From Candidatus Melainabacteria bacterium 17Bon1m (lineage in GTDB: Bacteria > Cyanobacteriota > Vampirovibrionia > Obscuribacterales > Obscuribacteraceae), in assembly GCA_032128875.1 (NCBI GenBank), contig JAVLKG010000006.1, positions 192,001 through 256,000 of the forward strand: a stretch of DNA of 64,000 nt, in the 5' to 3' direction. Positions 29,955 to 37,981 of this stretch are shown here, piece by piece (position 1 is the stretch's first letter; every line of letters starts with the position of its first letter). The notes below the pieces were generated by a model. That model had not been told where the DNA came from, made no database searches, and worked only from the letters and a program-made list of their open reading frames with translations. The position numbers and the translations under genes were made by a program.

Positions 29955-30623
29955 ATGACAGCTCGAAATCACGCCGGCAAATACATGCGCAGCAAGTTCG
30001 GGAATGTCTCCCGAAATGAAAGGGGTCTGGCAACCTGGGTCAAGATTCTGATTGGGGTGATGATTGTCGGAACGATTTCGATTGTTGCGATTATCGGTAG
30101 TGTTGCTTGGTTGGCTGGTTCTGCATACAAGGACATGACTGACCCTAAGAAGTCCAAAGCTACCTTAGAATCAATCGCCAAGTTCGAAGATCCATTGCCT
30201 AAGGGCTGGCAGTTTGGCATGGCTCTTCCACTCGGCCCGATAAGCGTCGCCATGATTTCTAATGACAAAGCGAAGCTAAATATCACCTTGTTGAAGTTGC
30301 CTAGTGGTGGCAAAGATATGACCAACGAAGTAGTAGTTGGAGAATACGCTGCAAAAGGGGTTCCTGATATGTCGGGCAGCGGCACTAAGTCGTCGGGCCC
30401 AATTACTGTTGAAAACAAGGGCAAGATGAATGTCGGCGGCGAAGAGCTCGCATATGTGACTGGCGTCGGCAGCGACACCAGCAAGAAATTTGCGCAATTC
30501 ATTGGAAGTGTCATTCCGAAGAACAAAGATTCGGTGATTATTGTGCAAGGTCAATCACTCGACTCAGGGGAATATCCAATGGAAGAGACAAAAGCTTTGC
30601 TGGGTGCCATCAAGGGTTTTTAG
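29955..30623 (+). CDS. Membrane-anchored hypothetical protein
   Basis: Basic N-terminus, long hydrophobic helix, soluble domain; AAGGA RBS. Confidence 0.65.
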   Translation: MTARNHAGKYMRSKFGNVSRNERGLATWVKILIGVMIVGTISIVAIIGSVAWLAGSAYKDMTDPKKSKATLESIAKFEDPLPKGWQFGMALPLGPISVAMISNDKAKLNITLLKLPSGGKDMTNEVVVGEYAAKGVPDMSGSGTKSSGPITVENKGKMNVGGEELAYVTGVGSDTSKKFAQFIGSVIPKNKDSVIIVQGQSLDSGEYPMEETKALLGAIKGF

Positions 30624-30651
30624 CTTGTCCTGCGCCAGAGGGCATTTGAAA

Positions 30652-31101
30652 ATGGATAAATATACCTCCATGCTGGCGCTTTATGCTCGTTTTCTATTGA
30701 GCATGTCGATGTTTTGGGCTGCTTTTTTCAACTTCGCTGGTTGGAATGATCAAATGACGATGTTGTTTCCGGTGGCGCAGCAATTGTCAGCGCCGCTTTT
30801 GGCTGCAACTACAGCCGCGGAGATAGTGCTCGGCATCTCCGTTTTGATTGGTTATGCAACGAAGTACATGGCTTGGTTGTCATTGCTTTATACGATGGTT
30901 ATGGCGTGCGTGACGCACCAGTTCTGGGTTGTGGAGCCGGGTCTGCAAGCGAGGGAAGCGATGAACTTCCTGCATGCGTTCGGTTCTGCCGGCGGTTTTC
31001 TCTTGCTAATCGCCCTTGGACCCGGAACCTTCAGTATCGACGAGTTCTTGAAAGAGCCCGTGTCAACAAGTTCTGCACCAGCGACGGACACGAGGTCATA
31101 A
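30652..31101 (+). CDS. DoxX family membrane protein
   Basis: ARFLL..F, AEIVLG..VLIG, HQFW, GGFLLLIALGPGTFSID; start moved to ATG 30652. Confidence 0.85.
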   Translation: MDKYTSMLALYARFLLSMSMFWAAFFNFAGWNDQMTMLFPVAQQLSAPLLAATTAAEIVLGISVLIGYATKYMAWLSLLYTMVMACVTHQFWVVEPGLQAREAMNFLHAFGSAGGFLLLIALGPGTFSIDEFLKEPVSTSSAPATDTRS

Positions 31102-31122
31102 AGATAGCTCTCTGCAGAGCTG

Positions 31123-32772
31123 CTATTTCTTGATTGATTGTACTTTTGGCTCAAACCCATCAAACACGCTCAGGAGCGTCTTATCATCGTTTTCTGCGTT
31201 GGCTATTGTAATGAATGCAATGCGCGCTTCCAATTCATTCGGAAAATCTTTGATGATTGAAGCAAACCCAGTTTTGACTTTATCCCAATCAAAATGGTCT
31301 TTACTGTCCGCATCGCTTCCATAGCAGTCGTCAAAAAATTCGAATGCCATTCGTGCGTAATACTTGTCTCCTTCTGAGCCACCCATTGAGTCAGCACGTT
31401 TCTTTGCGTACGCAATTCGATCAATTTTTTCTCCAAGTGTTTCGTAATCCTGAAATTTGAATGCCCACGAGTCAATACAGAAATAATGCGGCCAACGCTT
31501 GTTGGCAGCATCGATGACCTTGAATAAATCAGCCTTTTCGTGTTTTGCAGCAGCAAGCCGCAGCGCTGGAACGAATGCTTTGGGGAACCGATTCGGGAGG
31601 TCTGGATCAACATCCATAACGTCGTTTGCTTTTTGAATTAATGCTTTGTAGTTGGTATCTTCTTCGTCATCATCAATCTCCCATGCACGATAAATGTGCG
31701 TTTGGGCTAGACAGGTACGTGCTAAATCGGATTTTGGATATTTTTTCAACCAGCGTTCGAGACGCGCCACCCAAATTTTGTAATTCTTTTCATTGTTGTT
31801 GCTTTCGCCTTCAATCGCTGTAGAGAAATAATCAAGTTGTTCAAAACCAGTCCAGTAGAGTTGATGGCTCTTAAGGTATTCCTTACTCAATCGATCAAGT
31901 TCTGCAAAATCCTCTTCGGCAAACAAATGTCTCGCCAGTGCAGTCTCCGGTTTCTTTCGATTGCTACCGTGCCGAAGGCCGAAGACCAGTTCTTTCCATC
32001 CTTTTTCACAATGCGCTTCGGTGGTTACGTCCTTCAACTCAAGCCATGCTTCTAGCGCTTCCTTGTATTTTCTTTGAACCGCTTTCATTCGGGCAAGCAT
32101 TGCATATATGTACCAGTTTTCTGCTTTTGAAAACTTGTTGTCCGCGATACTACTCACGGCTCGCTCCATAGTAGAATTCGCCCTGGCAGAGTCTCCCATG
32201 TCAGCAAAAATAACGGCTAAATATGCACGCTTTTCATTTGTTGCACTGCTGTTTGGCTGCAGTCTATTTTCTGCAATTTCAATGGATCTAAGTTGGTCTT
32301 GCAGTCCCGTATCTTTTGTTTTGCCTGCGAGCCACCGATCGTGTTTTTCCCAGGCGCGGTCATAGTAAACCTGTGAAAGTTGGCTCGCAACGGCTTCAAA
32401 TTTCTTCCAAGCATCACCGCTCATCGCAAGTTCGATTGCTTTTTGAATTTGGTAGTCCCCTGCTTCTGTTAAATGTTCCTTGTAGAGAAATGAAGCATAT
32501 TTCCTGTGCAGCTCCATCAATGTCTCTGGCTCAGTTCCGTTTTTGGTCGCCTGTTCAAAGATCTCTTCAATCTGAGCTCTACCTTGTTTCCAATCTACTT
32601 TTGCAACCTTAATTGCCCTGTCAAGATCTGCGTTCAAAACGTATCCTACGCAGACTTTAGAAAAGATTCCCCAAGTTACTCCACCAATCGCTAGAACAAC
32701 AAGAACCACAATCCCTATGGATATCTTTGCTCCCGTGCTCATAGTCCTGCGTTCTTCGATGTCTTTAGTCAT
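31123..32772 (-). CDS. Membrane-anchored TPR-like / DUF4034-like protein
   Basis: N-terminal TM, helical repeats, DFAELDRL, RLERWLKKYPKS, AW motif resembling DUF4034. Confidence 0.6.
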   Translation of the reverse strand: MTKDIEERRTMSTGAKISIGIVVLVVLAIGGVTWGIFSKVCVGYVLNADLDRAIKVAKVDWKQGRAQIEEIFEQATKNGTEPETLMELHRKYASFLYKEHLTEAGDYQIQKAIELAMSGDAWKKFEAVASQLSQVYYDRAWEKHDRWLAGKTKDTGLQDQLRSIEIAENRLQPNSSATNEKRAYLAVIFADMGDSARANSTMERAVSSIADNKFSKAENWYIYAMLARMKAVQRKYKEALEAWLELKDVTTEAHCEKGWKELVFGLRHGSNRKKPETALARHLFAEEDFAELDRLSKEYLKSHQLYWTGFEQLDYFSTAIEGESNNNEKNYKIWVARLERWLKKYPKSDLARTCLAQTHIYRAWEIDDDEEDTNYKALIQKANDVMDVDPDLPNRFPKAFVPALRLAAAKHEKADLFKVIDAANKRWPHYFCIDSWAFKFQDYETLGEKIDRIAYAKKRADSMGGSEGDKYYARMAFEFFDDCYGSDADSKDHFDWDKVKTGFASIIKDFPNELEARIAFITIANAENDDKTLLSVFDGFEPKVQSIKK

Positions 32773-32781
32773 AAGAGTGCC

Positions 32782-34167
32782 CTAGTCGACGACTTTCTTC
32801 GCAACGTATTCTCCGGCGCGGACGGCACCGTCGATATTGCCGTTCCACAAAGGTGATGTTTCGGAAGTCGCCCAGTGAATGCGACCGAATGGTTCTCTAA
32901 TGACGTGTCCGTAGGAAGTCATTACCCCTGGTGCCATGTGCGCGACATGGCATCCACGTGTCCAGGGATCTGTCGACCAGTTGTGTTCGAAATAGTGGCT
33001 TGGTCTTGCTCCTTTTAGACCGAATCGCTTGGCCATATAAGTAATCACGTGTTTATATCTTTCTTCTTCCGGCATTTCAGCCATTTCTGTAGCTTGAGTA
33101 GAGAATGCAAAAGACATTAATGCGCCGACTTTTTCATCGGGCGGTGATGTATCCAGTGTCATCTGCAGATATTCATCGGGTGCTGTAACCTCGCCACTTA
33201 AGCCCTTTTGCCGCCAGAACGATTCAGGATAAACAGTGACAAATTTCATGCAATGACCAGCGGGCATATTCTTAAGAAGTTCCATTCTTTCGGTTGGAAG
33301 TGACGGTCGATATTCAATGTCGCATGCGAGAGCGGGAGGAATAGCAACGACGACTTGCTTTGCCTTAACCGTAGCTTTGTCGGATGTGATGGCCACTCCG
33401 TTTTCGTCTTGCGAAATTCGACTGACCGGCGAGGACAAAATCAGCCAATCACCCTTTGTTTTTCTTTGCCCTTCGTCTATTTTGGCGCGCATTTTTTCGG
33501 CTACTTTAATCATGCCGCCTTTGACCATGTCTTGCTCTGCGCCGCCCTCTACTTTCATTTGCATCTCGATGTCGTTGCCGGACGCTGCGATCTGAAAGAG
33601 AACATACAAGAGAGAAATTTCGGAAAGTTCTACAGTAAACAAGCCGATAAACAATGTTCTCAGCATTGCGAGAGCTGCTTGACCCAATTGATGGACAGGG
33701 TCATTGAGAAACTCGGCGAGGGAAATTGAGTCCCATTCTTTTGCTTTTGGACAGGTCCAAGGAGCGTCGTTCGGAACTTCGAGGGACATTATAGAAAGCT
33801 TCTGCAAGGTGTCCCAAACGCCATCTAGTGACTCGGAATCAACCTCAGGTACGTCCTCTCCGTAGCGATAATATTCGTTTTTGTAGACAAAGTAGCTGTC
33901 GCCGTGAATGGGCGTCGGAGTAATTTCCAGTTCTAATTCTTCGAGCAAAGCATAGATTCGATCTTGCGATGGTCCTAAAAATGTTCCGCCCATGTCAATT
34001 GGCGTTCCATCGCTGAGGTACTTTGTCCAGACTTTACCGCCTATTCGCTCTCGCGCTTCCAAAACAACAACAGCGTGTCCAGCTTGAGATAGTCGCAGTG
34101 CGGCGGTAAGTCCAGCGAATCCTGCGCCGACAATACAAAAATCACGCTCAATGATGTTGTCCGACAC
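32782..34167 (-). CDS. Flavin-containing monoamine oxidase family protein
   Basis: IVGAGFAGL, LEARERIGG, DMGG, WSTDPWTRG, GRIHWA, GNIDGAVRAGE; start moved to GTG 34167. Confidence 0.92.
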   Translation of the reverse strand: MSDNIIERDFCIVGAGFAGLTAALRLSQAGHAVVVLEARERIGGKVWTKYLSDGTPIDMGGTFLGPSQDRIYALLEELELEITPTPIHGDSYFVYKNEYYRYGEDVPEVDSESLDGVWDTLQKLSIMSLEVPNDAPWTCPKAKEWDSISLAEFLNDPVHQLGQAALAMLRTLFIGLFTVELSEISLLYVLFQIAASGNDIEMQMKVEGGAEQDMVKGGMIKVAEKMRAKIDEGQRKTKGDWLILSSPVSRISQDENGVAITSDKATVKAKQVVVAIPPALACDIEYRPSLPTERMELLKNMPAGHCMKFVTVYPESFWRQKGLSGEVTAPDEYLQMTLDTSPPDEKVGALMSFAFSTQATEMAEMPEEERYKHVITYMAKRFGLKGARPSHYFEHNWSTDPWTRGCHVAHMAPGVMTSYGHVIREPFGRIHWATSETSPLWNGNIDGAVRAGEYVAKKVVD

Positions 34168-34304
34168 GACAATAAGACCCCGAGCCGGCGAGCCGCTGAG
34201 CCGCCGACGCTCCCAGATGCCCAATTAAATCAGCTTGAAAACTCACATCCGGCTTCCTTTCCACTTCACTACCGGATATCAGAAACCGGATTGTTGGATG
34301 CAAA

Positions 34305-34343
34305 AGAAAAAGCCATTCAACCTGATGAAGTGGGTTGAATGGC
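34305..34343 (-). terminator. Rho-independent terminator
   Basis: AGCCATTCAAC/GTTGAATGGCT stem followed by a U-tract on the minus strand, downstream of 34375..34710. Confidence 0.75.
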
Positions 34344-34374
34344 TAAATTTCAAGTTGGCATCGTATATGGTGCG

Positions 34375-34710
34375 TTAGTCTTCGACGCGTTTTTCTAATG
34401 CTTTCTTATGGATCTTGTTGCTGATTTTGTTCAGATCTTTTTCTACTTCAGCGATGTTTTCATAGCTAAGCTTGCCGCCGTTTCTTGCCTTCATGCGGCT
34501 GACTTTTTTCCAGACATCTTGGTTATCGTCTCTCAAGTCTCGCGCTTCGCGCAGAGTCAATTCGCCGGCTCTTTCCATGCGATTGATTTTTGCCGCCAGG
34601 ATTTCGTGGCGCTGAGTGATTGTATAACGACGGGTTTTTGCTTCAGAAGGCTGCGATGCGAACTGCAACACCGACAAAATAGCAAGGGCAGTAAATACTT
34701 GGCGAATCAT
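34375..34710 (-). CDS. Small exported helical protein
   Basis: Signal peptide; AGELTLREARDLR motif. Confidence 0.7.
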   Translation of the reverse strand: MIRQVFTALAILSVLQFASQPSEAKTRRYTITQRHEILAAKINRMERAGELTLREARDLRDDNQDVWKKVSRMKARNGGKLSYENIAEVEKDLNKISNKIHKKALEKRVED

Positions 34711-34890
34711 AAGAAGGATACCTCCGACACTGTGGTATCGGGAGGACGATGTATCACTCAGTTGGTTCCCTGCATTACGAACTCAAGAGATAGAGAATAC
34801 GAAAAGTTCCTTTTGCAGCAGAGCGCCTAGATAAGCGTGTGATGAAGGGCAAAGGAAAGGAAAAGAAATGACAAAAGTGCTAAGAATGGC

Positions 34891-34921
34891 AAAAAAAAGG
34901 GCGCGTGCAACGCGCCCCTAC
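34891..34921 (-). terminator. GTAG-type REP palindrome doubling as a terminator
   Basis: Minus strand reads GTAGGGGCGCGTTGCACGCGCCC followed by T8, downstream of the REC-HPt gene. Confidence 0.7.
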
Positions 34922-34981
34922 GATCATTCTATGGACGATCAATCAACTAGCGGTCTTCTGCCGTTGATTTATGTCGCTGAT

Positions 34982-35809
34982 TTATGTAGCTGATTCCTGT
35001 GGCAGATGGCTTTGGATGTAATCACGCAGGGAAGAGAATTCGCGCTCGATTGAAGTCGCAGTCTCTTCAGCTTCAATCCAATCGTGTCTGCATGCAGTTT
35101 GCTCAAGATAGAGGCAAAGGCGAGCCAAATTTTTGGCCCCGATTGATGCGCAAGACGCTTTGATTTCGTGTGCTAGAGCCGCAACCAACTTGGAGTTTTT
35201 TTCCTCCATATGATTTTTGACCTTGCTCAACATGTCTTGAGTGTCATTGAGGAACATCTCCATCATGTCAGTCAATTGCTCGGGTTCATAGAACTCTTCC
35301 AGCTCAGCCATATCGAGAGGCTCGCTCTTGACGAGGGTTAGTGCAGCTTTCGGTCTTAGCACTTTGCGTCTCTGCTTTTGAGTCTCGCAAACCACTTCAG
35401 TTCTAAGCCAGTGATTGACTTTCGCCTTCAGCAAGTCAATGTCAATGGGCTTTGACAGGTAGTCGTCCATTCCGGCTGCAATGCAGCGCTCTCTATCGCC
35501 CGACATCGCAAGCGCGGTGACAGCAATGATAGGACTGTATGTATTTGTACGAGCTTCAATTTCCCGAATAGCGACCGTAGCCTCGAATCCATCCATCACA
35601 GGCATATGACAATCCATTAGGATTAGGTCGAACTTGTGATTTGACACGGCTTCAACGGCTTCGCGACCGTTGCTCGTAATCTTTACTTTGAGACCAAGGC
35701 GTTGCAGCAGAACGGTTGCTACCTTTTGATTGACGAAATTGTCTTCGACAAGAAGCACATGGGGCGCATCGCCTTGTTGCGTGATTGAGTCGCCAGCTGC
35801 TTGTTTCAT
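34982..35809 (-). CDS. Receiver-HPt phosphorelay protein
   Basis: LLVEDN, ILMDCHMP, TALA, SKP receiver; AHEIKASC HPt His motif. Confidence 0.9.
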   Translation of the reverse strand: MKQAAGDSITQQGDAPHVLLVEDNFVNQKVATVLLQRLGLKVKITSNGREAVEAVSNHKFDLILMDCHMPVMDGFEATVAIREIEARTNTYSPIIAVTALAMSGDRERCIAAGMDDYLSKPIDIDLLKAKVNHWLRTEVVCETQKQRRKVLRPKAALTLVKSEPLDMAELEEFYEPEQLTDMMEMFLNDTQDMLSKVKNHMEEKNSKLVAALAHEIKASCASIGAKNLARLCLYLEQTACRHDWIEAEETATSIEREFSSLRDYIQSHLPQESAT

Positions 35810-36088
35810 CGTATATTCTGGACCTCCTGGTCGTCACTTTCGGTGCAAGTCCGAAACACTTTCTCCTGAAGGCGCGCATTAGCCTCTTGAAGAGAGACTT
35901 TGTTTGTCGGGCTTACGGAGATACTTAGAATTATTGCCGAAAAACGTTCCTGTTTGCATCAAAAATTTGTCTATCAACCTATTTTTAGTGAAACTTTGAT
36001 TTTCTCCTTTGCGAAGTCTGATTTGCGGGTTTTGAGTAATGAACAAGGAGACGGTAAAAGCCGCCTCCTTGTTGCCCACAATTCTTGC

Positions 36089-37138
36089 TTAGTTAACACG
36101 AATTCCGATGCGAGCGCGAGCACGCTGTGTGCTGGCGATATCGTTGTCGAAGGAAGACTGGATATCATCAAGCTTTTCAGTCAGATATTTCTGTTTGCTG
36201 TCGCTCAAAACTCCGTTTTTTGTGTACTTAATTTGTCTTGTTGAAACTTCATTGAGTCTCTCTTTCAAGCTGGCGACGTTTCTGTTTGTGAGACGGCCGG
36301 CTTTGTATTCATCGTCAATCTTAGTGGTCATCAGTGCAATTCTGGCGCTAATGTCTGTCGTTGCTACAACCACAGGCGTAGCTGCTACCACAGCGCGAGC
36401 CGGTGTAATGACCGTGGTGGCTGGAGAAACAACAGTCGTTGCTGGAGCTATTACAGTGCGGGAAGGCACCACTGCAGTCTGAACAGGCGTAATTACGGAG
36501 CCGTCGCTAGTGATATAGGTTGTTCCTACCAATCTTCTCATTGCAATTGTAGGTACATAGCCAGTCAGTGTCGCGTGCAAGTCATTGAGGCGAGTTGCTA
36601 TAGACAGCGCTTCATCGTAGGTGATTGCTCGTCCATTCGCTCTGTAGGCTGCTTCCTGCGCCGTGATTGTAGCGAGGTCGGAGCGAAGATGCATCGCTTG
36701 GTCTGCGGTGATTTTGCCTAGCGACAACGATTCGTTGATATAGCGCTCCAGGTCCGCTCTTCTCGAGTCGATGACCCCGACAAACGGGTCATATGCAGGT
36801 ACGGTGGTCAATGCGACCAAGTGGCCAGAGGTGTCAAAACTGGCGAGAATTCTGTTGTTCGATCTGTCCAATACAACCCAACCGGGGCTGATGCTTCCGG
36901 AAACGTATCCTCTTATAGGATCGTACGGACCTTTGACTACACCGGTCAGTGGGTCGATAACTACATAGTCTCCCGAGCCGGACAGAACAAATTCTGTCGC
37001 CGAAGTTGTCGAAACTGGCTGGGTGATTGTTGTTGTACGGATTATTGTTTCAGTATCTGCAAATGCAGGCATAACAGCGCAGCCCAAAATGCTCACTGTG
37101 AATGCGGCTAATAGTACTTTTGCGTTCATCTCTCTCAT
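36089..37138 (-). CDS. Exported protein with repeated helical module and Thr/Val-rich linker
   Basis: Signal peptide (PAFA); LGKITADQAMHLR and AGRLTNRNVASLK modules; PATTV repeats. Confidence 0.7.
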   Translation of the reverse strand: MREMNAKVLLAAFTVSILGCAVMPAFADTETIIRTTTITQPVSTTSATEFVLSGSGDYVVIDPLTGVVKGPYDPIRGYVSGSISPGWVVLDRSNNRILASFDTSGHLVALTTVPAYDPFVGVIDSRRADLERYINESLSLGKITADQAMHLRSDLATITAQEAAYRANGRAITYDEALSIATRLNDLHATLTGYVPTIAMRRLVGTTYITSDGSVITPVQTAVVPSRTVIAPATTVVSPATTVITPARAVVAATPVVVATTDISARIALMTTKIDDEYKAGRLTNRNVASLKERLNEVSTRQIKYTKNGVLSDSKQKYLTEKLDDIQSSFDNDIASTQRARARIGIRVN

Positions 37139-37289
37139 CTCCTTAGTTACCCTCGGGCTGCTTCCGGATTTGCCGGCTCAAAGGACGTCCGGGAAATTTA
37201 GCCAGTGGTGAGACTGAACAAAACTATTTCGGTTCCTGTTTGTTCGATACATTTCTCTCTATTAGTAGATTTCTGTTTTAGGTTAAAAC

Positions 37290-37448
37290 GTGACAGTAAT
37301 TGTGACAGTAATAGCCACGGTCCATACAACTCATCCAATTTCCCGGCAAAGTCAAAGGCTCAGGCGACACCTTGTGCTCTCAAAAGCTCAAATATTCACA
37401 CTCTTGACGACCTTGACAGTATGACAGTAATTTGGGAGAATACTGTTA
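37290..37448 (+). promoter_or_regulatory. Sigma-70 promoter with TGACAGTA operator array
   Basis: TTGACA (37413-18), 17-nt spacer, GAGAAT (37436-41); TGACAGTA at 37291, 37303, 37414, 37422; inverted TACTGTTA at 37441. Confidence 0.65.
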
Positions 37449-37981
37449 TGGTTGTTCAAGGACACGACGGATTTACCCTGGATGAGCTTCTTACGGAAGT
37501 CGGAAAGCTTGTGACGTCACTCGGGTTGCTGGGTGTTCAGAAAGACAATCGTGTATCGGACCTGCCGGATGTGAGGACAGTCCGCTACTACACCAGTCTC
37601 GGCTTAATAGATCGCCCGCAAATTGTGGGGAGGCAGGGCATCTATGGGCGCAGGCACATTCTGCAATTGCTTGCTATCAAGGCTTTGCAGACCCTGTCGC
37701 TACCGCTTCAGGAAATCCAAAACAAGCTCTTCGGGCTGTCTGATGCAGAACTCGAAGGTTTGACGGCCGCAATCTCCGGACAGAGAAAAGCAGCAATGCG
37801 GGACGAACTTCAAACTCGTCCTGTACTCTGGAGGGAGATAGTTGTAGCGCCTGGACTGAAGCTAATGGTCGAAGACGGGTGGTCTCCGGAATCCGATGCA
37901 GACTCACTTTTGAACATGATGCGCGCGGCTTTGCATTTAATTATCAAAGACCAGCGCCGACCTGAACACGATGGAGGTTAA
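37448..37981 (+). CDS. MerR-family HTH transcriptional regulator
   Basis: PDVRTVRYYTSLGLIDRP, YGRRHILQLLAIKALQ, LPLQEIQ; start moved to ATG 37448. Confidence 0.85.
   Translation: MVVQGHDGFTLDELLTEVGKLVTSLGLLGVQKDNRVSDLPDVRTVRYYTSLGLIDRPQIVGRQGIYGRRHILQLLAIKALQTLSLPLQEIQNKLFGLSDAELEGLTAAISGQRKAAMRDELQTRPVLWREIVVAPGLKLMVEDGWSPESDADSLLNMMRAALHLIIKDQRRPEHDGG

Noticed and set aside
34168-34224. N-terminal extension of the amine oxidase (WERRRLSGSP)
   Set aside because: It is the translation of a REP-like palindrome
37205-37447. 81-aa N-terminal extension of MerR
   Set aside because: Spans the promoter and operator repeats and is not protein-like
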